DNA from: Octopus sinensis | Taxonomy: Eukaryota | NCBI RefSeq assembly: GCF_006345805.1 | Contig: NC_042998.1 | Location: forward strand, 29,202,001-29,266,000 | Length of the DNA stretch: 64,000 nt | Direction of reading: 5' to 3' | Part shown: in pieces, positions 1-11,777 of the stretch | How the letters are laid out: every line of letters begins with the position of its first letter | How positions within the stretch are numbered: position 1 is the stretch's first letter | The notes under the pieces: model-generated | Database searches by the model: none | What the model was told of the DNA's origin: nothing | The model's input: the letters and a program-made list of their open reading frames with translations, nothing else | Position numbers and translations under genes: made by a program

Positions 1-194
1 CAATGTTAATAATAATATGTTTAAATTTATATTTTATTATAGATATCTTTCATTATAAATTGAATTACTTTATGGAGGTTCTGTCTCTTAATTCTGTATA
101 TATTTAATATATCATGAAATTTGATTTAGTATTACTAAATTGAGTTTGTTTTCCCCTGTTGCCTTGGAATTCTATATTCCCTACTATTAATAAT

Positions 195-226
<32 letters not shown>

Positions 227-619
227 CATATATATATGTGAATATACAGATATGTATGTGTGTGTATGTGTGTGTGTTTGTGTTGAATGATGTGAGTAAC
301 TTTACAAATAATTACTTAGACATAAAGCATTATTTTTATACATTTTAAAATAATCTGTCATATTAAAGTTTCAATATGACTCACTAATGTCAAAACAGAT
401 ATTCTAGAGAAACACGGATCAATATATTTAATGGCTGAGATAAAGAGAACCGATTAATAATAGCAATCGTATCAACCGATAAAATGATGGCGATACAAAG
501 TTTATTTGTTTGGGTAAGGCTACTTTATACTTACAACTTTAGAACCGCACAACATATCTCCCCATAACATACGGAATTTATCTTGTGGCTTTCAAATTAT
601 TTTATTTCAGCAATAATGC

Positions 620-688
620 TGGCATGTGTATATATAGATATATATATGTATTATATATATATATATATATTTATGAAAATACACCTTT

Positions 689-743
<55 letters not shown>

Positions 744-758
744 GAAATTACACCTTAT

Positions 759-796
<38 letters not shown>

Positions 797-806
797 ATAT
801 TATATA

Positions 807-881
<75 letters not shown>

Positions 882-894
882 GAAAATACACCTT

Positions 895-973
<79 letters not shown>

Positions 974-1034
974 TTATTATGAAAATACACCTTATATATA
1001 TATAATATTTATTTATTTATGAAAATACACCTTT

Positions 1035-1072
<38 letters not shown>
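620..1072. repeat. (TA)n array with five interspersed copies of TTATGAAAATACACCT
   Basis: Motif at ~671, 740, 877, 978 and 1018, separated by TA runs. Confidence 0.9.
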
Positions 1073-1073
<1 letters not shown>

Positions 1074-1075
<2 letters not shown>

Positions 1076-1467
1076 ATGGTAAGTAGCTTGCTTACCAGCC
1101 ACACGGTTCTGCGTTCAGTCCCACCGCGTGGCACCTTGGGCAAGTGTCTTCTACTATAGCCTCGGGCCGACCAAGGCCTTGTGAGTGGATTTGGTAGACG
1201 GAAACTGAAAGAAGCCCGTCGTATATATGTATATATCTGTGTGTGTGTGTATGTTTGTGTGTGTGTGTTTGTCGCGCCAACATCGCTTGATGATCGATGG
1301 TGGTGTGTTTACGTCCCCGTAACTTAGTGGTTCGGCAAAAGAGACCGATAGAATAAGTACTAGGCTTCCAAAGAATAAGTCCTGGGGTCGATTTGCTCGA
1401 CTAAAGGCGGTGCTCCAGCATGGCTGCAGTCAAATGACTGAAACAAGTAAAAGAGTAAAGAGTAAAG
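1074..1467 (+). mobile_element. tRNA-derived SINE, family A (internal TA/TG microsatellite, GAGTAAAA tail), slightly 5'-truncated
   Basis: GGTAAGTAGCTTGCTTACC...CCTTGGGCAAGTGTCTT...CAGCATGGCTGCAGTCAAATGACTGAAACAAGTAAAAGAG; matches many other copies in the window. Confidence 0.9.
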
Positions 1468-1487
1468 ATATATATATATATATATAT

Positions 1488-1826
1488 GAGGAGATCCCCT
1501 TCTGTTATTACTGACCATGTGATTGCACCTAGAAAGTTATCCTCCGAGGCACAAGTCCGAGCAAGGTTGTTTATGGAAGACCAATAGTCGCCCATGCATG
1601 CCAGCACTCCCACTCCACGCCACCGATGTTATCCAAGGGAAAGGCAAAGAGAACGATACAGCTTGGCATCAGTGACGTCGCAACTCAATTCTACAGCTGA
1701 GTGAACTGGAGAAACATGAAATAAAGTGTCTTGCTCAAGAACACAACGCGCAGCCTGGTCCAGGAACCGAACTCACAAACTCACGGTCGTAAGTTCGATG
1801 CTCTAACCACTGAGCCACGCGCCTTC
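1488..1826 (-). mobile_element. tRNA-derived SINE, family D
   Basis: Minus strand starts GAAGGCGCGTGGCTCAGTGGTTAGAG (A-box-like), then GAGTTCGGTTCC (B-box-like) and TGTGTTCTTGAGCAAGACAC; head resembles family C. Confidence 0.8.
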
Positions 1827-1901
1827 ACTACACACACACATAGGTGTACTTTCATAAAATTTTAAATACATACATGTTTGCATTATCGCTGAAATAAAAA
1901 C

Positions 1902-1933
<32 letters not shown>

Positions 1934-1934
<1 letters not shown>

Positions 1935-2207
1935 GGAGATGTACCTGCATAGCAAGTGATTTGATCTGAGATCGTGTGCTGAAACGAAAACAATTGCAAC
2001 GTGGAAGGTGTTTGTAAGCCATTTAAGAAACACACAAAAGCCGTTCGATTCACTTCAACATTTAAGTTGCAGCACGGATTTTAGTCAGTGAACAGGTCGC
2101 GGTCTTAAAGCGACGAAAACATTTTGACAAATTAAACTTAAATGTTGAAGTGAATCGAACGGCTTTTGTGTGTTTCTTAAATGGCCTACAAACACCTTCC
2201 ACGCTGC

Positions 2208-2211
<4 letters not shown>
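1934..2211. mobile_element. Foldback element (77-bp inverted arms 1992-2068 and 2135-2211), probable Penelope-like terminal-repeat derivative
   Basis: Arms differ at 2 of 77 positions; the 66-bp spacer holds a hammerhead-like fold; (TA)n on both sides. Confidence 0.75.
2084..2128 (+). ncRNA. Candidate minimal type I hammerhead ribozyme with G3-C8 variant core
   Basis: GTCA | GTGAACA g | GTCGC ggtcttaaa GCGAC | GAAA | aca TTT | TGAC: stems I and II pair. Confidence 0.5.
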
Positions 2212-2264
<53 letters not shown>

Positions 2265-2267
<3 letters not shown>

Positions 2268-2460
2268 AGAGTTTACGAAAAAAGTAAAAGACGAAGACAG
2301 GTGATGTACAAAACCAACAGATGTATTAGTATAACGCTCAGGAATAGAAAAAGTCTTTTACGTTTCGAGCCTACGCTCTTCTACAAAAAGGGACACAGAA
2401 AAAAACTAGGAGAGAAACAAGGAGAGAAAAAATGTGTGTAGTGGCTAACGATCTATCATA
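2265..2460 (-). mobile_element. Penelope-like terminal-repeat fragment, copy 1
   Basis: Minus strand GAAGAGCGTAGGCTCGAAACGT, a GAGC/GCTC hairpin followed by GAAAC; homologous to 2749-2942 and 58339-58522. Confidence 0.6.
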
Positions 2461-2748
2461 TATATATATGTGTGTGTGTGTGCACACCATATACATACAT
2501 ATACAAACGTATACAGACACACATGCCTGGGTTACGTCAGCTGAAGAGATGCAGTGATCACGTCGTTAGGTACGGAAATTCAAATCCCGTGTCTCCCCAA
2601 CCGTATCATTCAATAATTGTAGGCCTCTGTTTCCGATATTGTTTCCAATATTGTACCGCGTTTGTCGTCACATGCCGTTTGTTAGTTTCTATATATATTT
2701 GTGTGTGTATGTATGTATGATATATATATATATATAATATATATATTA

Positions 2749-2942
2749 GGGAGAGTTTACGAAAAAAGTAAAAGACGAAGACAGGTGATGTACAAAACAA
2801 ACAGATGTATTAGTATAACGCTCAGAATAGAAAAAGTCTTTTACGTTTCGAGCCTACGCTCTTCTACAAAAAGGGACACAGAAAAAAACTAGGAGAGAAA
2901 CAAGGAGAGAAAAATGTGTGTAGTGGCTAACGATCTATCATA
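2749..2942 (-). mobile_element. Penelope-like terminal-repeat fragment, copy 2 (part of the tandem duplication)
   Basis: Near-identical to 2265-2460. Confidence 0.6.
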
Positions 2943-3202
2943 TATATATATGTGTGTGTGTGTGCACACCATATACATACATATACAAACGTATACAGAC
3001 ACACATGCCTGGGTTACGTCAGCTGAAGAGATGCAGTGATCACGTCGTTAGGTACGGAAATTCAAATCCCGTGTCTCCCCAACCGTATCATTCAATAATT
3101 GTAGGCCTCTGTTTCCGATATTGTTTCCAATATTGTACCGCGTTTGTCGTCACATGCCGTTTGTTAGTTTCTATATATATTTGTGTGTGTATGTATGTAT
3201 GA

Positions 3203-3227
<25 letters not shown>

Positions 3228-3234
<7 letters not shown>

Positions 3235-3466
3235 CATAAGTGTGTGCATATATACTCTTTACTCTTTTACTTGTTTCAGTCATGTGACTATGGCCATGCT
3301 GGAGCAACGCCTTTAGTCGAGCAAATTGACCCCAGGATTTATTCTTTGTAAGCCTAGCATTTATTCTATCGGTATCGTTTGCCGAACTGCTAAGTGATGG
3401 GGACGTAAACCCACCAGCATCGGTTGTCAAGTGATGTTGGGAGGACAAACACAGACACACACACAC

Positions 3467-3512
<46 letters not shown>

Positions 3513-3776
3513 ATATATATATATATTATATATGTATATACATAAGTGTGTGCATATATACTCTTTACTCTTTTACTTGTTTCAGTCATGTGACTATGGC
3601 CATGCTGGAGCAACGCCTTTAGTCGAGCAAATTGACCCCAGGATTTATTCTTTGTAAGCCTAGCATTTATTCTATCGGTATCGTTTGCCGAACTGCTAAG
3701 TGATGGGGACGTAAACCCACCAGCATCGGTTGTCAAGTGATGTTGGGAGGACAAACACAGACACACACACACACAC

Positions 3777-3844
<68 letters not shown>

Positions 3845-3845
3845 T
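3228..3845. repeat. Tandem duplication, unit ~306 bp x2, of the 3' half of a family A SINE (minus strand)
   Basis: TGTGTGCATA at 3241 and 3547; CGGTTGTCAA at 3421 and 3727. Confidence 0.95.
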
Positions 3846-3900
3846 ATATATATACATACATATATACGAAGGGCTTCTTTCAGTTTCCGTCTACCAAATC

Positions 3901-4089
3901 CACAGGATCGACCTCAGAAAATCCGCAGTGTTTAAGTGTATAGTTGGTAAAGAGAACAGAAGATGGATATATCCTACCCGTAAGGGACAGATGATGGATG
4001 GGTCGAAACGGTTGTCGTGTTGAATAACGATTCGTATTACATCCATCTACTGTAGCAAACACTACAGATTTTCTGAGGTTGATCCAGTG
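3901..4089. mobile_element. Short element with 33-bp terminal inverted repeats, truncating a family A SINE
   Basis: 3901-3933 versus the reverse complement of 4057-4089: 29 of 33 identical. Confidence 0.7.
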
Positions 4090-4217
4090 AAAATCATAAC
4101 ATTACTATGGATGACAGCAAGTAGCCCAAACGGTGAATGTACTTTAATCGACATATTAATAGACGTATACCCAAATTCCAAATAGTTTGTTTATATATAT
4201 ATACACATACATACACG

Positions 4218-4254
<37 letters not shown>

Positions 4255-5007
4255 TTATATATACGTGTGTGTGTGTGTGGAGGCATGGAGGCATATAGGC
4301 ATATAACTAGGGAATTGTAGTGTTGCTCTCATAATCGGAAGATTGTGATTTCCTCGTACGTACACACAAACACACACACAGATACACACACGCGTCTTTG
4401 TGATTGTGCATATATGCGTACGGTTGTGTGCGTGTGTATGCGTAACGCACACACACGCACAGCCACACACATATACATACATACATACATACATACATGG
4501 ATACATGTATGTGTGTGTGAATGAGTATTTTTTTATCGTTTGAAATATATACCTACCGGAATGTTACAGAGTGTTTGATGACACAGTCTTTCATTGAAAA
4601 TTATTTTAAAACATTGAATTCTATTAATAAGAGAGGGAGAAAAAATTAAGTGCATTTAATTACTAATGGATTAAATAAAGACGAAGATGTAAGGCATAGA
4701 AAGCACTTTGCTTTATGGAAAATAAGATGAAACGGAAATTACCATCGTTAAATCAACAGATTTTTACCTGAGGAAATCTGTGACACATTGCATTGATGAA
4801 TATTCAAATTTTATCATTACGCAGCATGCACAATTTTATTCTGTTTATAAACGTATAGTTTGCACTCCAAAACCCACTTTAAAATTTTGTAATAATTTAT
4901 GCTAATAAAACACACTGTAAGCAGAAGTAACACCACGTGTTATGATATAATATTACACAAGTCACAGTTCCATTTTACCTCTTCATTGTTTTCGATTTTT
5001 CACACAC

Positions 5008-5038
<31 letters not shown>

Positions 5039-5491
5039 ACACACACTCACATGCATATTTACAAAGATATCTTCAGAAGTAAGAATATATTTTAGAGTAA
5101 GACCCTAAATGTAATATGATATCTACAATAAACCATAATATTTATTATTAATAATAATATCATTGTCCCTTATATCGTGGTACTTATTATCATGTCTAAG
5201 ATTATCAAGTTTATTACGACAAAGCTATAGTATTAATCGTCTCTTATATAAAACTAGTCTCAGTGAATATCGTGCTGTGTTTTAGTATTAATTCAATGAG
5301 AGAAGACCGATTCCAGAGATAAACATTATAGCAGTATCGATTCTAGTAATGTAGTGGTACTAATAGCTGAAGGTTACCTATGTGCTGGAGATGTAAGCTG
5401 AGAGTAGTGTAGGGACTTGTATGAAAGAGAGATGAAACAGTAGAGAATTGGAGAGACTGTAGAGAATAAAAGAAGGTCTAAGGAAGTTGTA

Positions 5492-5965
5492 CAGTAATCC
5501 CTCACCATATCGCGGTTTATTATTTAAGCTTACGTCAATTACTGTGTGGTGTTGTTTTGCTTTTATAACAATATATATATATAAATAATAAATGCGCCCT
5601 TTTAAAGCCTAGCCAGGCTCATGGGCCCAGTTTCCCGGTTTCAATGGCGTATGCGATCCCCAGCTGGACGGGACGCCAGTCCATCGCAGCGTTACTTATT
5701 TTTGCCAGCTGAGTGGACTGGAGCAACGTGAAATGAAGTGTTTTGCTCGAGAACATAACACGTCGCCCGGTCCAGGAATCGAAACCACAATCTTACGATC
5801 ATGATGCTGACATCCTAACCACTAAGCCACGCGCCTCCCCAAAATAAATATATACAAATTATAAAAATAATTAAAAAATATACGATACTGTTTCTACTTC
5901 GCGGATTTTCATCTACTCTGGCGGGGTTTTGGAACGTAACACCCGCGATGATCGAGGGATTGCTG
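5492..5965. mobile_element. pogo/Tigger-like non-autonomous DNA transposon (MITE) with TA target duplication, interrupted by a SINE
   Basis: TA|CAGTAATCCCTC ... GAGGGATTGCTG|TA; termini match at 11 of 12 bp. Confidence 0.7.
5583..5838 (-). mobile_element. tRNA-derived SINE, family C
   Basis: GGAGGCGCGTGGCTTAGTGGTTAGG head; GCGATGGACTGGCGTCCCGTCCAGCTGGGG core; GGCTAGGCTTTAAAAGGGCGCATTTAT tail. Confidence 0.9.
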
Positions 5966-8652
5966 TACTCCTAGATTACATAGGAATGGACTAATAGACT
6001 AATACTCATAGATTACATGAGGACCCACTAAAAGAGAAAATTAAAGCTGTAAGAGAATTCTGTCAAAGATAATAAACGATCTTACAAAAATGAAAGTAAT
6101 TCGTTTGCTTTTTCAGTCTTTATGGCATAGTATTATTGAAGCTTGTTAAAAAGTTTTGGAAATTTGTATTTTTGCTCTTAGCCTTGCTGCTACTTGGTGT
6201 TATATGATTAAAATTTTAAAAAAAGGAATCAGATTATATTGATAATAGTTGTTTTATGGTGATCTTTCCTTTAGGATAGTCCGGGCGAAGCAGAAGATCG
6301 TTTCCACCCGACCCCGATGCGGCCATTCCCATCAGCTTGGTCAATATGGAAAGTGTTGGATGGCTTCACTTCTGGGACACATTGTTTTCCGACCACCATG
6401 GGTTAAGACAGGTGTCAGTTACACTCCAGATACAAGATATGCCTATGGCACCGTCCATATAGAAAGACAGGTCCATCATACTTGTAAGGCTTATGATGCC
6501 AGGCCCTCTTAGGACCCCTTCTTGCAAGAAACAAGTTAAATGCTTCCAGTAATCCAGATGCTGAAAATTTAGGATTTATGCACATCTCCTCAGCGTGCTG
6601 TAACGAGGCTAAGAACTTCGTAAACCAATCTAAGATATCCGTAGTAAAATTGATTAAATAAAACTACTTAATTTTTTACTAACCGAGCACAGCTTTATCC
6701 AGCCATGTTTGTCTTTGTTTATAAAAGTGGATTAACTAACCATTTTTAAATGTGAGATACCATTCTCAATCTCTCATTGATTACAGTTGACAGTAAATGG
6801 CCCTAATTACTGATACATCCGGAACATCTAAACGGGTGTGCACTATCCTCCTCTTATGACTCACCTCTACGTCTCTCAGCTCACACAGCAACAAGTGTAT
6901 TAGAGAGGCTCACCTTTTCATAACATTGTCGAATACGCTGATAACTATGGCAGCCGAATTCCACACAAATCACACTTTACTACATTTGGTAAGGAGGAAC
7001 TCGTTAGAGAAGTGGCACTACATATTCCTATCCCCAATAGCACTGTCAAAGTTGAAAGGCATTATACATCATGGATAATTTCATCTAATACAACAATTCC
7101 TTCTATCCTATCATGTAATGGATCCCGAAATAATATATCTTTTATATCTTTCCTTGTAGCTTTTATGTGCAATTCTGATCTTATGTAATATACGCTGCTT
7201 TGAACCCAGTTCATTCAAATTACTTCAGCACGGTAGATATCGATAGCAACCATATGCAAAAAAAAAACAAAACAAAACAAAACAAAACCAAAACCAAAAA
7301 TAAAACAACAAAAAGCAAAAACAAACCCCATCTATTGCAGATATCAAAATCAATATTTTTTCCCTATTCACACATTATCAATGAAATCTAAATTGAAAAT
7401 TACATTCCTCTTGGCAGTAAAAATATCAGCTTTTTTTTCTTCTTGGGTTTCATGATTTATTTAGGTTCTTATTTATTCATTTATGTAGAAGATACAAGTA
7501 GGTTCCGCATACTATTAACTGTTTTTATTGATATGAAATATGTTCACTTATGGAAGTAGATGATAGGTGTATACATCTAGATATTCGCAATAAACCGTAG
7601 GCGCCTTGTTTCCAATTTTGTGGCTTGTTACTTATTATTTAACATGGCTTGGAAATTTTACATTAAATGCATTACTTATTCATAACTAGCTATAAAACAG
7701 CAAGGGATCCTAAAGTGAAGCTCATTTGAAATATATATCCAACCCGAGTATCAAGCGTATACAGGATACTATAAAACAGAAAAAGAAAGCTAAATGGATG
7801 AATATATTTCACTTTTATTTGATAAAGGCTATTATGATATTAAAACAACTTGCAATAATATCCGTAGCTATTTTTCTTTTTGTATAATTTCCGACAATTA
7901 TAAGCATTCATGCGCTAACGAATTAGAATCTCAAAGTTCATTATTGATGGCTTTTCACAATGCAGCAAAGGTGTAACATTAAAAAAAAATGCTGTATATT
8001 TTACAAATGTAATGTTTTAACTTGTCATCAATGAGTCTAATTGGAATGCATTTCTGCAAATGATATGAAGGTGTTATAATTATATCATCATGAAGGAAGA
8101 AATATAATGACAATGTCGGTCCCAACAGGAGCTGAGATAAGCGGATATTTAGACGGAAACTGTTCAATTTAGACCGCAAATATTACTGATGATATTAATG
8201 AGAGGATAACCGTTTACAAAATGATAGAAAGAACTGTAACTTAATGAGTGTGATAAAAATATGTGAAATAAAAATAATGAAGGAAACCGATAACAGAGTC
8301 GTCATTGATGACGGCGTCAGCCAATGAAATAATATGAATATACCTTTTTGTAGCAGTAATGAGTTAAGAGATAAATAAAAATGGAAATATTCCCTACACT
8401 GGACACACAAAATTTTTCTGATTTGCTGTTTTAATTCTAAAATATAATTTCTTTCATATTCTGTTTAAATACATCATTTCTGTAGATTTACATCGCATTC
8501 GTAGGTTTATCTAAGGTAGACATCGTTAATTATTTGTATTTCCTTATGAATACTAAAGGAAACAATGAATAATGTATAAATCTTTTGTCTAATTGAACTT
8601 CACCTCATCTGAGAAAAGTAATTATGTTCTCAACGGGTGTGCTATGTATATC

Positions 8653-8684
<32 letters not shown>

Positions 8685-8844
8685 CATACATACATACATA
8701 CATACATACATACATACATACATACACACGTACATATATCTACAAACATATATAAAAATATTAACACTAACAATTTCGAATAATACAAGACCAGACTTAC
8801 CGGGTTACATAATAGTAGTGCAACAACGGCAACATGCATATCAT

Positions 8845-8999
8845 AGTGGCTGTGTGGTAAGTAGCTTCCTTACCAACCACATAGCTCTTAGTTCAGTCCC
8901 ACTGCGTGGAATCTTGGGCAAGTGTCTTCTACTACAGCCTCGGGCCGACCAAAGCCTTGTGAGTGGATTTGGTAGACAGAAATTGAAAGAAGCCCGACG

Positions 9000-9005
<6 letters not shown>
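8845..9005 (+). mobile_element. Family A SINE, 5' half
   Basis: GTGGCTGTGTGGTAAGTAGCTT...GAAAGAAGCCCG. Confidence 0.85.
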
Positions 9006-9034
<29 letters not shown>

Positions 9035-9614
9035 GTTTATATACAAATATTCGGTGGACTAATGAGAAGATAATTAACAGAATTTCTAAAAGACTCTCGA
9101 GATGCCTACACGCATATAAAAGCACTTTCGTGCAATGCAGCAGAAAATAATTTTGAGTAACCGTTAACGTAATTTAATTTACTTTCAGGTATGGATGACT
9201 TACGTTTACTGTTAACCTCCCCATTCTTACAAACACCAAATAGATAAATAACTCGCTTTGTGATCATCAGTGCACCAAACCTCACGTGTGCGTATGCTCA
9301 CATTTTTGCGAATGCTTTTATGAACAAGTGTACTCGCAACATGCAGCGTTTATACATCCATATTTATAAACGGTTATTTTAAATTCTTTTCTCACTGGAT
9401 TGTCATCTGTGATCTTATTTTTGATCTTCTATATGAATGAAGATATGTCCTCCGTCTGGCTGCTTTTGTCTCTACAAATCGACACGTTACATGGCAGAAC
9501 AGTCATTTTAACGGGTTGTACTTATTTATCACCCGACGAGAAACATCTGCACCACCGGATGCTCCTGAACCAGTTGTTGAGTGTCCGTCCCAAGAGGAAT
9601 CGATGCTAGATGTG

Positions 9615-10090
9615 TCGAACCTGCCCCAAAGAAGGCCAAGGTTATTGTTTCAACTGCAGAGAAGCTAATGGTCTCAGTTTTTGGAATGCAAAAATATTAT
9701 TTTTATTGATTATTTTCAAAAGGGCCACAGCTTCAACGGCGTGAACTATGCCAACTTGATGAGACACTTACGAAAGGCTATCAAGACCAAATGCCCAGGT
9801 AAACTGACGAATAGGGTTTTGTTTCATCAGGTTAATTATCATCTGCTTCCAACATGTAAAAGAACTTGGCTAGGAACTAGTATCGCAGTGATAATGATGT
9901 CATATCTGCTGTTAATAACTTTTTTGACCAACGGGATGAAAGCTCCTTCACCAATGGAATCCAGGCACAGCAACACCGATGGAAAAAATGTGTGGATCGC
10001 AAGGGGGTTATGGTTAAAAATAAATCTCATTTGGTCACATTCGATAGGAGTATCTTGGTTAGCGTATGAATATTTCAGCCGACCCTCGTA
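9615..10090 (+). pseudogene. Decayed, internally deleted mariner transposase with right terminal repeat
   Basis: Frameshifted PAPKKAKV...IIFIDYFQKG...NYANLMRHLRKAIKTKCPGKL...HRWKKCVD; ends CAGCCGACCCTCG|TA. Confidence 0.8.
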
Positions 10091-10640
10091 GTTCTATATA
10101 TATCAAATTCAACTGTTGAATTGTGCATAACGTCACGGTAGAGGACAAAAGGCCCAGGTACCACATATGAATTGCTACACACCACCCGAATGCCTTCCAT
10201 CTAAAACAGGTGAAAGTAAGAAGGCTTCTATTACTTCAGATGCCACATTCAAAGTAACAACTGCAACAGTAACTGCTACATGGAACTTCAACAATAGCAG
10301 CGACAATACAATAAAAAGAAGGGCACTCAGAGAGTGCAAACATTCGCCAAAGCAATACCAACGTTTTCTCAACGATTAGCCAGAGATGCCTTTTAAAATG
10401 AGAACATCTAAAATAAACTCGACTGCTCTTACAAACAAGAATACTAAAAATAAACCCAACCGCTCTCAAAAATTAAGTAGAAAAAGCCGGAATAAGAATC
10501 CAGAATCCTAGTCCAGAACCCAGAATCCTAATACAAGCCAAAGTTAACAATTCACTATTCAAAATAGTTACAGCCTAAATTGAGAGAGAGACTTGGAAGT
10601 TAACGTAAGATCGTAATCATGTAAAGTAAATATAACGAAT

Positions 10641-10815
10641 AATCCAGAATCCTTGTCCGGTACGGGATCGATCCCGAAATGTAATCAGTTCGTGCCAGTC
10701 ATAAAGCTAAACATCCCTGAAAGTTTCATCCGAATCCATCCAGCGGTTCTTGAGATATCTTGTCCACGGACAAACAAACAAACACGACTAAAAACAATAC
10801 CTCCACCTTCGTTAA
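10641..10815 (+). mobile_element. Possible Helentron/HINE-like non-autonomous element fragment
   Basis: GAAAGTTTCATCCGAATCC...GACAAACAAACAAAC...AAAACAATACCTCC resembles the 3' part of such elements; based on recall only. Confidence 0.35.
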
Positions 10816-10900
10816 TGTATATAATATAATAGAAGCATGCTTCATGTAACCAAAGATTTTGGAAAATACTAAAGATACATCTAAACTACTAAAGATCATC

Positions 10901-11326
10901 AGGCGTAGGAGTCGCTGTGTGGTAAGTAGCTAGCTTACGAACCACATGGTTCCAGGTTCAGTACAACTGCGTGGCACCTTGGGCAAGTGTCTTCTACTAT
11001 AACCTCGGGCCGACCAAAGCCTTGTGACTGGATTTGGTAGACGGAAACTGATAGAGGCTCGTCGTATATATGTATATATATATACATGTGTGTGTGTGCG
11101 TGTGTGTGCGTGCGTGTGTGTGTGTGCGTGTGTATGTTCGTATGTCTGTGTTTGTCCCCTCCAACATCGCTTGACAACCGATACTGGTGTGTTTACGTTT
11201 ACGTAACTTAGCGGTTCGGCAAAAAAGACGATATAATAAGTACTGGGGTCGATTTTCTCGACTAAAGGCGGTGCTCCAGCATGGCCGCAGTCAAATGACT
11301 GAAACAAGTAAAAGAGTAAAAGAGTA
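10901..11326 (+). mobile_element. Family A SINE, full length
   Basis: AGGCGTAGGAGTCGCTGTGTGGTAAGTAGC head through GAGTAAAAGAGT tail. Confidence 0.9.
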
Positions 11327-11777
11327 ATATTTTAGTAATATTATCGGTCCAGACGTAGGTATACATTAAATTAGCTTAGCGGTTGAAATCTCTTCAGTTT
11401 GAGTTGGTTAGCGAAAAGGATTACAAATATTAAAATTGGTTTTGAGTTCTGCACAGTATTGATAATGCAAAATTTCAAACATCATACGAAGGTTATAGGC
11501 AGTGCTTCAGTCGCTGATCAATGTATAGAAAAATAGAAGTGCTGTTCCAGAAATTCCACTTCGTTTACTGCATTAAAATAAATCAGCGAAGTAGAAGTCG
11601 TTCCATTCTACGCTACGTTTACGAGAATAATATCAGGAATAATTGTTAATGCATGTTGAACAGCGGCTGTTTCACCGGAAAATCCTTGCCCTCTTGAATT
11701 GAGAATATTTCCAGAATGTTTTGGTGTACAAGAATAGACTGGAAAATGGAATGAGTGTTAACCTTTTCCTCTATAAC

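Larger units (their letters stand above)
2265..3227. repeat. Tandem duplication, unit ~483 bp x2
   Basis: Offset 484 at the start and 482 at the end; only a few differences; identical translated ORFs at 2472 and 2954. Confidence 0.95.

Noticed and set aside
671-1035. Regularly spaced short repeats resembling a CRISPR array
   Set aside because: Spacers are pure (TA)n, there are no cas genes and the context is eukaryotic.
6480-6660. AFNLFLARRGP resembling a BEL/Pao integrase motif
   Set aside because: Motif order is wrong and no DDE residues or LTRs are visible.
10167-10470. Short overlapping ORFs in a Lys/Thr-rich stretch
   Set aside because: No recognisable domain or splice pattern.
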